DNA of 64,000 bases from an uncultured virus (IMG/VR IMGVR_UViG_3300042878_002054) (taxonomy: Duplodnaviria > Heunggongvirae > Uroviricota > Caudoviricetes), in IMG/VR virus record IMGVR_UViG_3300042878_002054, one strand, 5' to 3'. Below the pieces are notes generated by a model. The model did not search any database and had not been told where the DNA came from. It saw only the letters and a list, made by a program, of their open reading frames with translations. How positions within the stretch are numbered: the first letter of the stretch is position 1; every line of letters starts with the position of its first letter. Below are positions 29,877-40,110 of the stretch, one piece after another. The translations under genes and the position numbers were made by a program.

Positions 29877-29968
29877 AAATATTGTTTATGTTTTATTAAG
29901 TTTTTTTAAAAAGTTTTGATTTAGTTAAAAATATTTCTTTGCTTGATTTTGTCTTACACAGATATATT

Positions 29969-29994
29969 TTATATTTCAATCTACCAAAAAGTTT
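29969..29994 (-). promoter_or_regulatory. Putative middle promoter AAAC-N17-TATAA for the ncRNA/Ro60 locus
   Basis: Exact motif with 17-nt spacing. Confidence 0.5.
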
Positions 29995-30082
29995 TAAAGT
30001 TTTTTATTTTGTTTAGTATATATCGACCTCTAAAATTTCGTTTTTTTCTAAAGTGGATTTTTTATAGTCGATTATTCTTCTA

Positions 30083-30090
30083 CAAAGATA
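30083..30090 (-). promoter_or_regulatory. Bacteroidota-type TAnnTTTG element upstream of the ncRNA/Ro60 locus
   Basis: TATCTTTG on the minus strand. Confidence 0.5.
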
Positions 30091-30109
30091 AGAATAAAAT
30101 TCAAATACA

Positions 30110-30141
30110 AAAAAATAGTGAGAAAAAATCTCACTATTTTT
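30110..30141. terminator. Terminator after nrdA
   Basis: AAAAATAGTGAGA-AAAAA-TCTCACTATTTTT. Confidence 0.8.
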
Positions 30142-30145
30142 ATTT

Positions 30146-32698
30146 TTAAGCTCCACACGCCAAACAATCATCTGGATTGTCAAGTGAACAACTGATTTCT
30201 GCCATTTGTTCTTCAACAGTTTTCTTAGACTCTTCTTGAACCGTAAACTTAACAGCATCGTTTGCAGATTTGTTTCTTAAATAGTAGATCCCAGTTTTCA
30301 AACTATATCTCTTATCTCTATAACATCTTGCCTCACCTTCTGAATCATAAATGATTTGTATATTATCACCTTGTGGTATGATAATCTCACCATTTTCATT
30401 TTTCATAAAGTTTCTTCTTCCCCAACCATAAAAATGCATAGCAGTTAACTTAGCAAAGTTTGGAGAATCCATAAAGATGTTCATTGATTGTGTTTGGTCG
30501 ATGAAAGCACCTCTTTCAGCCGCCATATCAATAACGTCTTTTTGTTTAATCTCATAAACAGTTTTGAATATTTCTTTCAAGTTCGTGGGAACCTCAGGAA
30601 CATTCTGAACAGAACCGTTTTCAGTAATGATTTTCTTTCTTAATGCCTCATTCCACAATCCAAGTTTAACAAGTTCTTTCACTAAGTATTTGTTTACCAT
30701 AATGAAAGTTCCAGAAAGAACACTTCTTGTGTACATATTTGATGTCTGTGCCTCACAAGATGCTTCGTTTCCTAAGATAGATGCAGTTGATGCAGTTGGC
30801 ATGATACAAGTCGTTAGAGAGTTTCTAACACCGTGTTTCTTAACTTCTTCTCTAAGTTTTTCCCAATCCCATCTTTTACTAGGTTTAGCACCCCATAAGT
30901 CAAACTGAAATTCTCCTTTAGAGATTGGAGATCCTTCGTAAGTAGCATAAGTACCTTGTTCTTTAGCTAAGTCACAAGAAGCTTTGATAGAAGCGTAATA
31001 GATAGTTTCAAAAATCTCTTTGTTGATTTGTTTAGCTTCTTCTGATTCATAAGGAAGTCCCATCATAAAGTAAACATCTGCCAATCCTTGAACACCTAAA
31101 CCAACTGGACGATGACATAAGTTTGAAAACTTAGCACCTCTTGAAGGATAGTAGTTCACATCAATAACGTTGTTTAAGTTTACGATAGCATCGTAAGCAA
31201 CTTCATACAATTTGTTGTAGTTGTATGTTTTGTTCTTATTGACAAACTTAGGAAGAGCAACAGATGCTAAATTACATACAGCTGTTTCGTTTATAGACTC
31301 TTCACCATAGAAATCTCCTAATCCTAATTTCTCTAACAATTCTTTGTTATTCAAAATATCCTTTTGAGTCTTAGTAGCTCCAGTTGCCTCAACAATTTCT
31401 GCACAAAGGTTTGAGGATCTGATGATTCCAATATTTGATTGGTTAGATTTCATATTGATAGAATCTTTGTAAAGTAAATAAGGAGTTCCTGTTTCGATTT
31501 GAGATTCTAAAATTTTGTTCCAAACATCTCTAGCCTTAACAACCTTTTTGTATTTACCTTCTGCTTCATACTTAGTATAAAGTGCTCTAAACTCTTCACC
31601 GTAAGTCTCATTAAGACCAGCACATTCGTGAGGACACATCAAAGCCCAATCTTCATCAAGTTCGATTCTTTCCATGAAAAGGTCGTTCATCCACATTGCC
31701 AAGAATAAATCTCTAGCTCTAATCTCATCCTTACCTTGGTTCTTTCTCAAATCCAAGAAGTCCATGATATCACCGTGCCACGGTTCCATATAGATTGCAA
31801 TAGATCCTTTTCTTTTTCCACCACCTTGGTCCACCGCTCTTGCAGTTTCGTTGAAGATTTTCAAAAAAGGAACGATACCATTTGAAGTTCCGTTTGTACC
31901 TGCAATGTAAGTTCCTTTAGATCTTACTTTGTTAAAAGAAATACCGATACCACCTGCATTTTTAGAAATCAAAGCCGCTTCTTTTAAAGTATCAAAGATA
32001 CCTTCGATAGAATCCGACTCAGTATCTAAAAGGAAACAAGAAGACAATTGAGGTCTTGGAGTTCCAGAGTTGAACAACGTTGGAGTTGCGTGAGTGTAAT
32101 ACCCTTCTGATAGTTCGTTATACGTTTTGAATGCTCTTTCTAGGTTCTCTCCCCAGATTTGAAGTGCAGTTCTCATATACATATACTGAGGTCTTTCAGC
32201 AACTCTACCATCAATCTTCAAAAGATAAGATTTCTCTAATGTTTTGAATCCAAAATAGTCAAAGTTGTGATCTCTAGAGTGAACAATCGCAGAATCAATT
32301 TCGTCTGCGTGTGCTTTTACTAAAGCGTTGAATTTTTCAGAGACGATTGGAGAGTGTAGTCCAGTCTTAGGGTCAACGTATTTGTATAAATCTTCTACAG
32401 TCTCAGAGAAACTTTTCTTAGTTTCTTTGTGTAAAGATGTAATCGCCAATCTCGCGGCTAGTATCGAATAATCAGGATGCTTTGTTGCAAGAGACGCTGC
32501 GGTCTCCATCGAAAGCTGGTCAAGAATAGAAGTCTTAACATCGGGAGTGATTCCTTCGATTACCTTTTGGGCAATCTCGAAAGGCACGATCCATTTCTGG
32601 TCTAGCCCGTAAGTTTGCTGAGTTATACGATCCACGATCTTATCAAACTTCACTGGCTCCTTCTTGCCATTTCTTTTTGTTACTTTTATCATGCTCAT
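30146..32698 (-). CDS. nrdA: Ribonucleoside-diphosphate reductase alpha subunit (class Ia) with ATP cone
   Basis: VTKRNG ATP cone, ATPTLFNSG, QLSSCFL, SNLCAEI, VCNLAS, MPTAST, KTGIYYLR, C-terminal CLACGA. Confidence 0.97.
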   Translation of the reverse strand: MSMIKVTKRNGKKEPVKFDKIVDRITQQTYGLDQKWIVPFEIAQKVIEGITPDVKTSILDQLSMETAASLATKHPDYSILAARLAITSLHKETKKSFSETVEDLYKYVDPKTGLHSPIVSEKFNALVKAHADEIDSAIVHSRDHNFDYFGFKTLEKSYLLKIDGRVAERPQYMYMRTALQIWGENLERAFKTYNELSEGYYTHATPTLFNSGTPRPQLSSCFLLDTESDSIEGIFDTLKEAALISKNAGGIGISFNKVRSKGTYIAGTNGTSNGIVPFLKIFNETARAVDQGGGKRKGSIAIYMEPWHGDIMDFLDLRKNQGKDEIRARDLFLAMWMNDLFMERIELDEDWALMCPHECAGLNETYGEEFRALYTKYEAEGKYKKVVKARDVWNKILESQIETGTPYLLYKDSINMKSNQSNIGIIRSSNLCAEIVEATGATKTQKDILNNKELLEKLGLGDFYGEESINETAVCNLASVALPKFVNKNKTYNYNKLYEVAYDAIVNLNNVIDVNYYPSRGAKFSNLCHRPVGLGVQGLADVYFMMGLPYESEEAKQINKEIFETIYYASIKASCDLAKEQGTYATYEGSPISKGEFQFDLWGAKPSKRWDWEKLREEVKKHGVRNSLTTCIMPTASTASILGNEASCEAQTSNMYTRSVLSGTFIMVNKYLVKELVKLGLWNEALRKKIITENGSVQNVPEVPTNLKEIFKTVYEIKQKDVIDMAAERGAFIDQTQSMNIFMDSPNFAKLTAMHFYGWGRRNFMKNENGEIIIPQGDNIQIIYDSEGEARCYRDKRYSLKTGIYYLRNKSANDAVKFTVQEESKKTVEEQMAEISCSLDNPDDCLACGA

Positions 32699-32793
32699 TT
32701 TTTATTTTTGTTTTTTATATATTGATTAAAAATTTGATTTAAAATTTCAAATGCTCGAAAAAAAAAGATTTTTTATAGTCGTAAAAATTACTT

Positions 32794-33753
32794 TTATAAA
32801 AAGTCAATATTGTTAAGTTTATTTAAATTGTTTTTAAATTTGTTGTTATTTAGAATTTTTGTTATGATACTCAAATGAACTTCATAAATATTTTCATACG
32901 AATCTACGTTGAAAGTAGAGTTAGGATAGTCTGTTTCCATTACCACTCCTGTTATAATCATAGGTTCACCGAACTCGTCTTCCCATTCAAATTCTATTTC
33001 TGTACCTTCATAGATGTTTCTATTCTGAACTTCTTTAGAGTTAGAAGTTTTTCCAATATGTTCCTGCAACTCATTTATTATTTGGTTTCTCCATTTGTTG
33101 TCAAGTAGTTTGAACATGTTGAAAAGATTGTCTGAAAAATATACCGCAAGCTCGTTAAAAAGTTCTATGTTTGTAAAACTTTCACTATCTAAATGTTTCT
33201 TTAGAAGATTGAAATACTCATTAAAGTCTACTCTTGATGGTTTTCTTCTGTTGTTTAAAAAGTTAAGACTGGTGTTCTCACTCAATACTAAATAAACTTT
33301 TTCTTTCACAAGCTTTGTTCTAACATAAGCTTCGTTGTCAATAGATTCAAAGTAGTAGTTTGAAGATTTATCAACTTCAATAGACTCTTTGTGGTAAAGT
33401 GCGAATCCATCCATGTCATCTTCATCCAAAGGATCTTCTTTCTTACCTTTAAAGATAGAGTCGTATTTAAGTGAGTGTTTTCCTTCAAGCTTGTGTTTAG
33501 AAAGAACTATATCGTTCTCTGAGTCTTCGTCTTTCTTTTCTTCTTCTTTATCTAAAAGTTCTAAATCGTCTTCGTCTATCTCAATCAGTATGTCAATGTC
33601 TACGTCATCGTCGTCATCAAGACTTACTCCTGATTTTTCGTCATCCGAATCGTCATCTGTGTCGTCTTCATCTGATTGGTCTTCGACTATTTCGTTTAGG
33701 TTGTCGTCCATTTCGTCTTCGAAGTCGTCTTCGTCTCTGGTTTTCTTGGCCAT
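32794..33753 (-). CDS. Hypothetical protein with highly acidic N-terminus
   Basis: 319 aa; first ~80 aa are D/E-rich. Confidence 0.8.
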   Translation of the reverse strand: MAKKTRDEDDFEDEMDDNLNEIVEDQSDEDDTDDDSDDEKSGVSLDDDDDVDIDILIEIDEDDLELLDKEEEKKDEDSENDIVLSKHKLEGKHSLKYDSIFKGKKEDPLDEDDMDGFALYHKESIEVDKSSNYYFESIDNEAYVRTKLVKEKVYLVLSENTSLNFLNNRRKPSRVDFNEYFNLLKKHLDSESFTNIELFNELAVYFSDNLFNMFKLLDNKWRNQIINELQEHIGKTSNSKEVQNRNIYEGTEIEFEWEDEFGEPMIITGVVMETDYPNSTFNVDSYENIYEVHLSIITKILNNNKFKNNLNKLNNIDFL

Positions 33754-33796
33754 AAAATATAATGTTTTTTTTTATATAAACTAATAATAGCTTTGT

Positions 33797-35128
33797 TTAT
33801 TGATCAATGAATTGATCGTTCTCTAATGTCAAAAAGGTAGGGTTAAGATTAAGCTTTATCTGTGATTTGGAAAAATCTCCATCACGTTGCTTTAGAAGTT
33901 TAAACCTAAACATATTTTGTCTTTTCATTTCTTCTGTTCTTATTATGGCAAAGAAAGTATCTGCAGTCTCTGCAATTGCCTTTGATTCTGGAACCGATTC
34001 TAATGTTATGTCTGATGCATTCCAAGCATCTTTAGCAACCTGTACTCCTGTGATTACAGGACATTTGTATTTTGCACCAACTGCTCTTAAACCCTCTGCA
34101 AGATTTTTACCTTTTGTATAAAGGTTGTCTGCCATCGCTCCTTTTACAGTTGCAACCAAAGTAATATAGTCGACTATTATCATGTCGATTTTTATATCCT
34201 TCTTTTCTTTTAACTTCTGAATGTAGTTGTCAAAATCCTGAACGGTGGCAGTTCCTGCTGCCCAGAATTTTGTGATAATCTTACCAACTTTTTTCTCAAA
34301 TAAATCGTTTCCTCCAACCGTCTTAGATAGGTTGGCAATCTTCTTCTTAATCATTTCGGTGTCTTTAGAGAGAGTATCATAGTCATTGATAGGGATATGA
34401 AGTCTCATCGCACCAAGTCTCTTCATAACCTTTCTTTCACTCATCTCGAGTGTTATATAAAGAACGTTATGACCCATGTTGGCAGACTGAACAGCAAAGT
34501 TTTGCATCCATAATGACTTACCACCATTTGTTTGAGCCATGATTACATTTAGTGTAGAGATATCCCAACCACCACCAAGCATATGGTCAATAGTTTCATA
34601 TCCACACTTTACTTTAAATCTCGAAGAGTCTTGTACGTGATGTTCTGCGTCATCAAAGTCGGATCCCATGTCATCGTCTTGTATGAAGTTGGTTGAAGAC
34701 ATTTCTTCTACGATTCCTCTTATTCGATTGGCGGCTTCAACTGCTTTACCAAAGTCTGAAATAGAATCTAAGTTTCTTGTTTCATCAATGATGTCTACGG
34801 TTCCTGTCTTTAAACGATTTGCCAATACCCAACCATTGAAGTTTGGTTCGATGAAGTTCTTTTCATCATACTCTTTCAAGTCTACTTGAAGTATTGATTT
34901 TAATATCTCTTTGGTGATAAGTGCTTCTTTGTCCTCGATGTTGACCATGTCAAGTATCTGTCTCGGAGTAGGTACTTTTGCGTCTCCTTTGAGCATATAC
35001 TCTCTTATCACGCCATAGACGAACTGTATTTCAGAGTTTCTGAAAAAATAGGACTTTACAATATCGAAATACTTCTTGTTGTTCAGTATGTAATTGAAAT
35101 AAACTTTCTCTAGTTGAGGCGTTGTCAT
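33797..35128 (-). CDS. Replicative DnaB-like helicase (T4 gp41 type)
   Basis: MAQTNGGKS Walker A, VLYITLEMSE, IIVDYI, ES.AIAETAD, LKQR. Confidence 0.92.
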   Translation of the reverse strand: MTTPQLEKVYFNYILNNKKYFDIVKSYFFRNSEIQFVYGVIREYMLKGDAKVPTPRQILDMVNIEDKEALITKEILKSILQVDLKEYDEKNFIEPNFNGWVLANRLKTGTVDIIDETRNLDSISDFGKAVEAANRIRGIVEEMSSTNFIQDDDMGSDFDDAEHHVQDSSRFKVKCGYETIDHMLGGGWDISTLNVIMAQTNGGKSLWMQNFAVQSANMGHNVLYITLEMSERKVMKRLGAMRLHIPINDYDTLSKDTEMIKKKIANLSKTVGGNDLFEKKVGKIITKFWAAGTATVQDFDNYIQKLKEKKDIKIDMIIVDYITLVATVKGAMADNLYTKGKNLAEGLRAVGAKYKCPVITGVQVAKDAWNASDITLESVPESKAIAETADTFFAIIRTEEMKRQNMFRFKLLKQRDGDFSKSQIKLNLNPTFLTLENDQFIDQ

Positions 35129-35156
35129 TTTGTGGATTTAATTATTTTAACATGTA

Positions 35157-35182
35157 TTATATCAAACTATAGTGGTTAGTTT
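35157..35182 (-). promoter_or_regulatory. Putative middle promoter AAAC-N17-TATAA
   Basis: Upstream of the helicase gene. Confidence 0.55.
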
Positions 35183-35204
35183 AAATTAAATCCGCATGAA
35201 AGAA

Positions 35205-36116
35205 TCAAGGCTCTTCCTTTATAAGAGGTGGTTGTGCCTCAGAATCAAAGTCTTTGTAGTTAGCGATTTTTTGTATTATAGGCGTTTCAATCTCATCCAT
35301 TATCTCTTGTTCGTCTTCTGTGTCACCAAATCTTGAAATAAGCTTTGCTATTCCATGCTTAGCAACAACTACACCAATACCACCGGCAAATGCCAATAGG
35401 TTCTCTGGAAGAATCTGAGCAGTTTTGAAAAGGTCAGGAAAGTTGTTTATCGCGTTGTCTAAAACATTCATAACAGGAATAAGCATTGCAGTATAAGCAA
35501 GCATATCGATAAGACCACCCGCGGCTTGATTAAAGCCAGTCTTTACAGAGTCCCATGTCATCTTTACTTTAGATCTAAGCCCTGTAAGAGTATTTTTAAG
35601 TTCACCTTTGAATATTTTTTTCCAAAATGATTCGTGGAATGACTTTATTATAGAAACTACTTTTTTTAAGATAGGAGATTGACCAGTAGAGGAGTTTGGA
35701 GAAACCGTTTGATTAAGTTCTTGAAGAACTTTAACATTTATATCATCAACAACCAAGTCTCTTTCAACATCTGCCTCACTTTTTTTGTCTTTTTTCTTAC
35801 CATCTCCGATTATTATTATAGATATGGCGGCTAAAGTAAGAAGAACAACACTTCTTCTAGATATCTCAAATCCCTCAAGTCTCATTATACTTTCGACTAT
35901 AGGATAAAAACCACCAATACCAAATCCAAATGTAGGAATAAGTCTAGAGTTTAGTCCTAAATCGTCTTTTATTTTTCTAAACTCGTTTTTATACTCTTCT
36001 ATTTTTGCGTTCGCATTTGAGTCTCTTCCTTCAGATACTGTTAATAGTGAATCTACCACGAAATTAGTCATAAGTTCGTTAGAGAAATATTGATTGAATC
36101 TTTTAATCGTTGCCAT
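35205..36116 (-). CDS. Hypothetical protein with hydrophobic segments and N-terminal IKRFNQY..NE motif
   Basis: VVLLTLAAISIIII, LLAFAGGIGVVVA. Confidence 0.7.
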   Translation of the reverse strand: MATIKRFNQYFSNELMTNFVVDSLLTVSEGRDSNANAKIEEYKNEFRKIKDDLGLNSRLIPTFGFGIGGFYPIVESIMRLEGFEISRRSVVLLTLAAISIIIIGDGKKKDKKSEADVERDLVVDDINVKVLQELNQTVSPNSSTGQSPILKKVVSIIKSFHESFWKKIFKGELKNTLTGLRSKVKMTWDSVKTGFNQAAGGLIDMLAYTAMLIPVMNVLDNAINNFPDLFKTAQILPENLLAFAGGIGVVVAKHGIAKLISRFGDTEDEQEIMDEIETPIIQKIANYKDFDSEAQPPLIKEEP

Positions 36117-36128
36117 ATATTCTATATA

Positions 36129-37412
36129 TTATTTTCCTGGATTGAAATTTTCATTAGAAGCCCAGTCTCCATTATTATAGATTGCCTCTGGTCTCCAGAT
36201 CCATTGTCCTTCTTTCTCGGAATAGACACAATGTTTTTGAAAATACCATTTTCCATCAATCTCTACGAAACTTACTCTTTTCCCGTATTGAGGTATTCCT
36301 GTCTCAACAAATTCACTTTCCAACCAGCTTTCAAAAGAATAGCTTTCAAAACCGGAGCCACCATCATATTTAAGATGAACTGCATCTGACTTCCAGATAT
36401 ATCCATTTTGATATTCAGAAAATACATAGTCAGAGATATCTTCAATCTCTTCACCATATATATCCACCAAAGAGTTGAATTCTTCATATTCGCCATCGGT
36501 ATCCTGAAGTTTGTAGTATCTACCATCTGGTTCGTAGTTCATTACCCATTCGTCTTGTGCATAGCAGAAAGTATCCATATAAGGAAATCCATCGCCTCTA
36601 TATGTGAATACATTAGGAACTTTTATTTTTGTTTCAATCCTTTCTTCTTTATCACCTAATATGAATGTACTTTGAGTCTTTTTGTAATAAACATTATTTT
36701 CTTTTGCCCAGTTTAAAAACTTTTGATAGTCCTTACTGAAGTTATAGTAAACTCTATCCATTATTCTTCTTCCTTTATAATCTGTCCAAACTAATGCTCT
36801 TCCTTTTATAGTAGGACCATAAGACCTATCTTCATCTAAAAGAACTAAAACTTCACATTCTTCTATAGCGGAATAGAAAAGAACATATTCACTATCATTC
36901 ATACATGAGTTGTCTAAATGAGATCCACTACAATCTTCATAGTTTTCCGAGCTATATGCATCCATTATGTCTTGTCCTTTCCAAAGCTCGAATGTTGAGA
37001 TATCTTTCAGTGCTCTCCATTTATCAACAAACTCACCATATTCTGGATCGGTAAAAGTATCCAATAAAAGTGATTTAGTAAACTTACCAATCTTTAATTC
37101 GACGTGACGAGCATCTTCTTTACTAAGCCATGTTATTCTTATGAACCTATTTAGATAACCAGGTGGCATAGCCGTTTTCGATTTTAGGAAGTCAAATACT
37201 TTATCTACTTCAATAAATGTGATTGTATTGTCTTTTTCTCCTAAATCAATATATGTAAACTCTTGCTCAGTCATCTCAAGATCAAGAAGTGCTTCTGCGA
37301 CTTTACCACCAATCTTGTTGAGTTTGCTTTTCATTTCAGCCGAATATCTCATCTGACCCTTCAATTCAGATCTTTCTTCAAGAATAAAGTCAAAATAGTT
37401 TAATAATCTCAT
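36129..37412 (-). CDS. Hypothetical phage protein
   Basis: Starts MRLLNYFDFILEE; motif-like SCMN, GRALVW, MDRVY, FPYMDTF. Confidence 0.75.
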   Translation of the reverse strand: MRLLNYFDFILEERSELKGQMRYSAEMKSKLNKIGGKVAEALLDLEMTEQEFTYIDLGEKDNTITFIEVDKVFDFLKSKTAMPPGYLNRFIRITWLSKEDARHVELKIGKFTKSLLLDTFTDPEYGEFVDKWRALKDISTFELWKGQDIMDAYSSENYEDCSGSHLDNSCMNDSEYVLFYSAIEECEVLVLLDEDRSYGPTIKGRALVWTDYKGRRIMDRVYYNFSKDYQKFLNWAKENNVYYKKTQSTFILGDKEERIETKIKVPNVFTYRGDGFPYMDTFCYAQDEWVMNYEPDGRYYKLQDTDGEYEEFNSLVDIYGEEIEDISDYVFSEYQNGYIWKSDAVHLKYDGGSGFESYSFESWLESEFVETGIPQYGKRVSFVEIDGKWYFQKHCVYSEKEGQWIWRPEAIYNNGDWASNENFNPGK

Positions 37413-37486
37413 ATTCTATATATAAAAAGTAAAAAAACGATTTTTTATTTTAATATATATCATTATAAAACTAATTGACTAAAACT

Positions 37487-38080
37487 ATGAAACATTTAAA
37501 AAAGTTTGAAAACTTCGAATTGAACAGATTTGGAGCAGAAGAAGAAAAAGACGCTTTCGCACCAAAATATGGTCAGGAAGATGAAGAAGACTTTGAAGTA
37601 TTCCATTCTGAAGAAGGGGAAGAAGACGAAGAAGATACTTACGGTGAAGAAGAAGAATACTTCGACGAAGATGGTGAAGAATGTGATGATTGTGAAGACG
37701 GAGACGAAGAAGTTAAAGACTGGAACGATGCACAAACTTTAGAAAGAGTTAAATCTTTTGGATCTTTCGTAAACGAAGAGAAAAAATTCTCTGCAGCACA
37801 ACTTGCAGCACAAAAGAAATTCAAAGAACGTCTTAAAGGTAAAAAGTCTGATGATAAAGAAGACGATAAAAAAGATGACAAAAAAGCACCTGCTAAAAAA
37901 GGAGCTAAACCTGATTTCTTAGATTTAGACAAAGATGGTGACAAAAAAGAGCCAATGAAAAAAGCTGCTAAAGACGCCAAAGATAAAAAAGACGATAAAG
38001 AAGAAACTGGTAAAAAAGACGCACCTATCAAAAAAGTACCTTTGAAAGGAAGAATCGCAAAAACACAAAGTAAAAAATAA
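37487..38080 (+). CDS. Acidic/basic low-complexity protein, probable internal head protein
   Basis: ATG at 37487 gives MKHLKKFENFE; KPDFLDLDKDGDKKEPMKKA EF-hand-like motif. Confidence 0.75.
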   Translation: MKHLKKFENFELNRFGAEEEKDAFAPKYGQEDEEDFEVFHSEEGEEDEEDTYGEEEEYFDEDGEECDDCEDGDEEVKDWNDAQTLERVKSFGSFVNEEKKFSAAQLAAQKKFKERLKGKKSDDKEDDKKDDKKAPAKKGAKPDFLDLDKDGDKKEPMKKAAKDAKDKKDDKEETGKKDAPIKKVPLKGRIAKTQSKK

Positions 38081-38108
38081 TTAGAGTATCATCGAATTAT
38101 ATATAAAC

Positions 38109-38137
38109 AAAAAACCACTCATTGAGTGGTTTTTTTT
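38109..38137. terminator. Bidirectional terminator
   Basis: AAAAAACCACTC-ATT-GAGTGGTTTTTT. Confidence 0.9.
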
Positions 38138-39803
38138 ATGCTTCTATTTTTATGTTTATTCGTTTGATTGCTTCTTGTATCCAATCTGGTAAATAATGAG
38201 AGCTATGTTTGATTACATCTCCAAAACCACCATCAATAATAATAGTATCGGCATAATCTGTGTTAGATCTTACAGAACGACCAGTCATCTGAACAATTCC
38301 ACATACGGTCTTCCAGGAATACCATTCCGGATTGTTGCTTTGTCTCATTTTGTTCTTTTGTGAACCTAAACTTGGATAAGGTATTTTTGCGATTATCTGA
38401 AATCTTGCTCGGTCATTATCAAAACTGACTCCTGTTCCCATTGAAGGTGAAACTATAACTGTCGGTTCTTCACTTTCAAAGTGTAGTTTCAACATCTCGT
38501 CTTTGTTAGACGAGTCGTGAAATATCAATCGATTGTCTTTAATAGACTTTTGAATCCAGTTGGAAAGTTCGAACGAATTGGTATGTATGATACCCTTCTT
38601 ATTCTTGTATTTATCAAGTAGTTTCTGTATATAAGGAATATATCTTTGAAATGTTTCTTCTTTACTCTTATAAGACATCTTACCTAATGGCATGTAATAG
38701 ATTGGTCTATTATTGACAGGGAAAGGAGATCCTATAGAATAGTAAGCTGCTTTTGATGAGTCTACCCCATTTAAAGTACAGAAAAGATTTTTATCTAAAA
38801 TAGTTCCTGACATAAGGAATACCATATCATAGTGACTGAAAACATACTTATCTAAGTAGTCAAACGCCCAGATTGGTTCAAGTGACAATTCTTTTTGTCT
38901 AAGTTTTTCGTTGTAGTTACTTTCTAATACCCAGTTGTCTGGATTCTCTTTATATTCTTTCAAAAATACTTCTATCTTAAGCTGATATTGCTTTAAGTCA
39001 GAAACAAGATTCATAAGTTTTACATCTCCGTTCTTTACGTTCAAAACTTTCGAAATCTTCAAATCTCTTTTGTCTTCCTTCGCGTTTCTTTGTACGGTAC
39101 CCATTCCTTTCTCCATCTGCTCACAAGTCTCTAATATCTCACCATTTAGGTATCTAAGAAACTCTACGTAACCCGGTATACCGGAAACGGCCTTAAGCTT
39201 TTTGATGATTTCGTATTCGTTGGCAAATTTGAACTTCTTAACAATAGTTTCAGTTATCTTTATAGAAACGAAATCAGACATAACGTCGTCAAACTCATGT
39301 GATTCATCTACGATAAGAACTCGAGCGTCTCTTGATTCCATAAGCTTCTGGTTATAGATTGCGTATAGTATGTATAAATAGAAGTTTGTTAGAGAAACAC
39401 CACCACTAATATATGACTCTCTGGCATTGGCATAAGGACAACTTTCACAACTGGTTTTATTCAAACGATTGAACTCACCACCAGATGCACAAGAACAAGC
39501 ATATTGTTCACACTCATAGTTTTCTTTTCCTTTTAGGTCACATATAGAGTCGTATGTTCCAGAGTACTGATCTTGTAGAATCTTACTATTGGTTATCACA
39601 TCGACTCTTGCAAACTTACTAACATTGGTTTTGTACCAATCAGAAATCATCATCGCTAAATGAGATTTTCCCACACCGACTGGCAGGTTGAGCAAGAAAA
39701 ACTTGTTCATTTTATTCTTTTGATATTCAGAGTTTATAAATTCTAAAGCCTCTCTCTGTTCTTTTCTCGGCTTGAATTTAGCCACATCTTTTTTTAACGA
39801 CAT
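38136..39803 (-). CDS. DinG/Rad3-family SF2 helicase
   Basis: PRKEQ Q-motif, LPVGVGKS, KGKENYEC with Cys cluster, VDESH, MSGT, KIPYPSL, QMTGRSVRS..D. Confidence 0.9.
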   Translation of the reverse strand: MSLKKDVAKFKPRKEQREALEFINSEYQKNKMNKFFLLNLPVGVGKSHLAMMISDWYKTNVSKFARVDVITNSKILQDQYSGTYDSICDLKGKENYECEQYACSCASGGEFNRLNKTSCESCPYANARESYISGGVSLTNFYLYILYAIYNQKLMESRDARVLIVDESHEFDDVMSDFVSIKITETIVKKFKFANEYEIIKKLKAVSGIPGYVEFLRYLNGEILETCEQMEKGMGTVQRNAKEDKRDLKISKVLNVKNGDVKLMNLVSDLKQYQLKIEVFLKEYKENPDNWVLESNYNEKLRQKELSLEPIWAFDYLDKYVFSHYDMVFLMSGTILDKNLFCTLNGVDSSKAAYYSIGSPFPVNNRPIYYMPLGKMSYKSKEETFQRYIPYIQKLLDKYKNKKGIIHTNSFELSNWIQKSIKDNRLIFHDSSNKDEMLKLHFESEEPTVIVSPSMGTGVSFDNDRARFQIIAKIPYPSLGSQKNKMRQSNNPEWYSWKTVCGIVQMTGRSVRSNTDYADTIIIDGGFGDVIKHSSHYLPDWIQEAIKRINIKIEA

Positions 39804-39827
39804 ATAATATGAAAGTTTTTGTAAAAT

Positions 39828-39853
39828 TTATATCAAATAATCAGAAATAGTTT
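39828..39853 (-). promoter_or_regulatory. Putative middle promoter AAAC-N17-TATAA
   Basis: Upstream of the DinG-like helicase. Confidence 0.55.
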
Positions 39854-39924
39854 AAAATAGTTTAAAAAGTGGGGTTTTTTATGTTTTTTCCTTAATATAT
39901 AAAGAAAAATAACTGCCGGACCCA

Positions 39925-40110
39925 ATGCACATCCTCGACTACGACGAATTCAACATCTACACGACGCCAACCGACGTCGAAAACTACATCGAAAGCCTAA
40001 TAAACGAAGGAATCGAAATTAAAGAAGAAATATATAGTAAATGTTTAAGCTACTTTGGAATAGACTTTAAACACATTATAGACGATATATTTTTTTATGA
40101 CGAGGATTAA
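39925..40110 (+). CDS. Small hypothetical protein
   Basis: 61 aa; TTAATATATA upstream. Confidence 0.65.
   Translation: MHILDYDEFNIYTTPTDVENYIESLINEGIEIKEEIYSKCLSYFGIDFKHIIDDIFFYDED

Noticed and set aside
29943..30258. ORFs 29943..30149(+) and 30013..30258(-)
   Set aside because: They span a terminator and promoter region, have non-ATG starts and show low-complexity composition.
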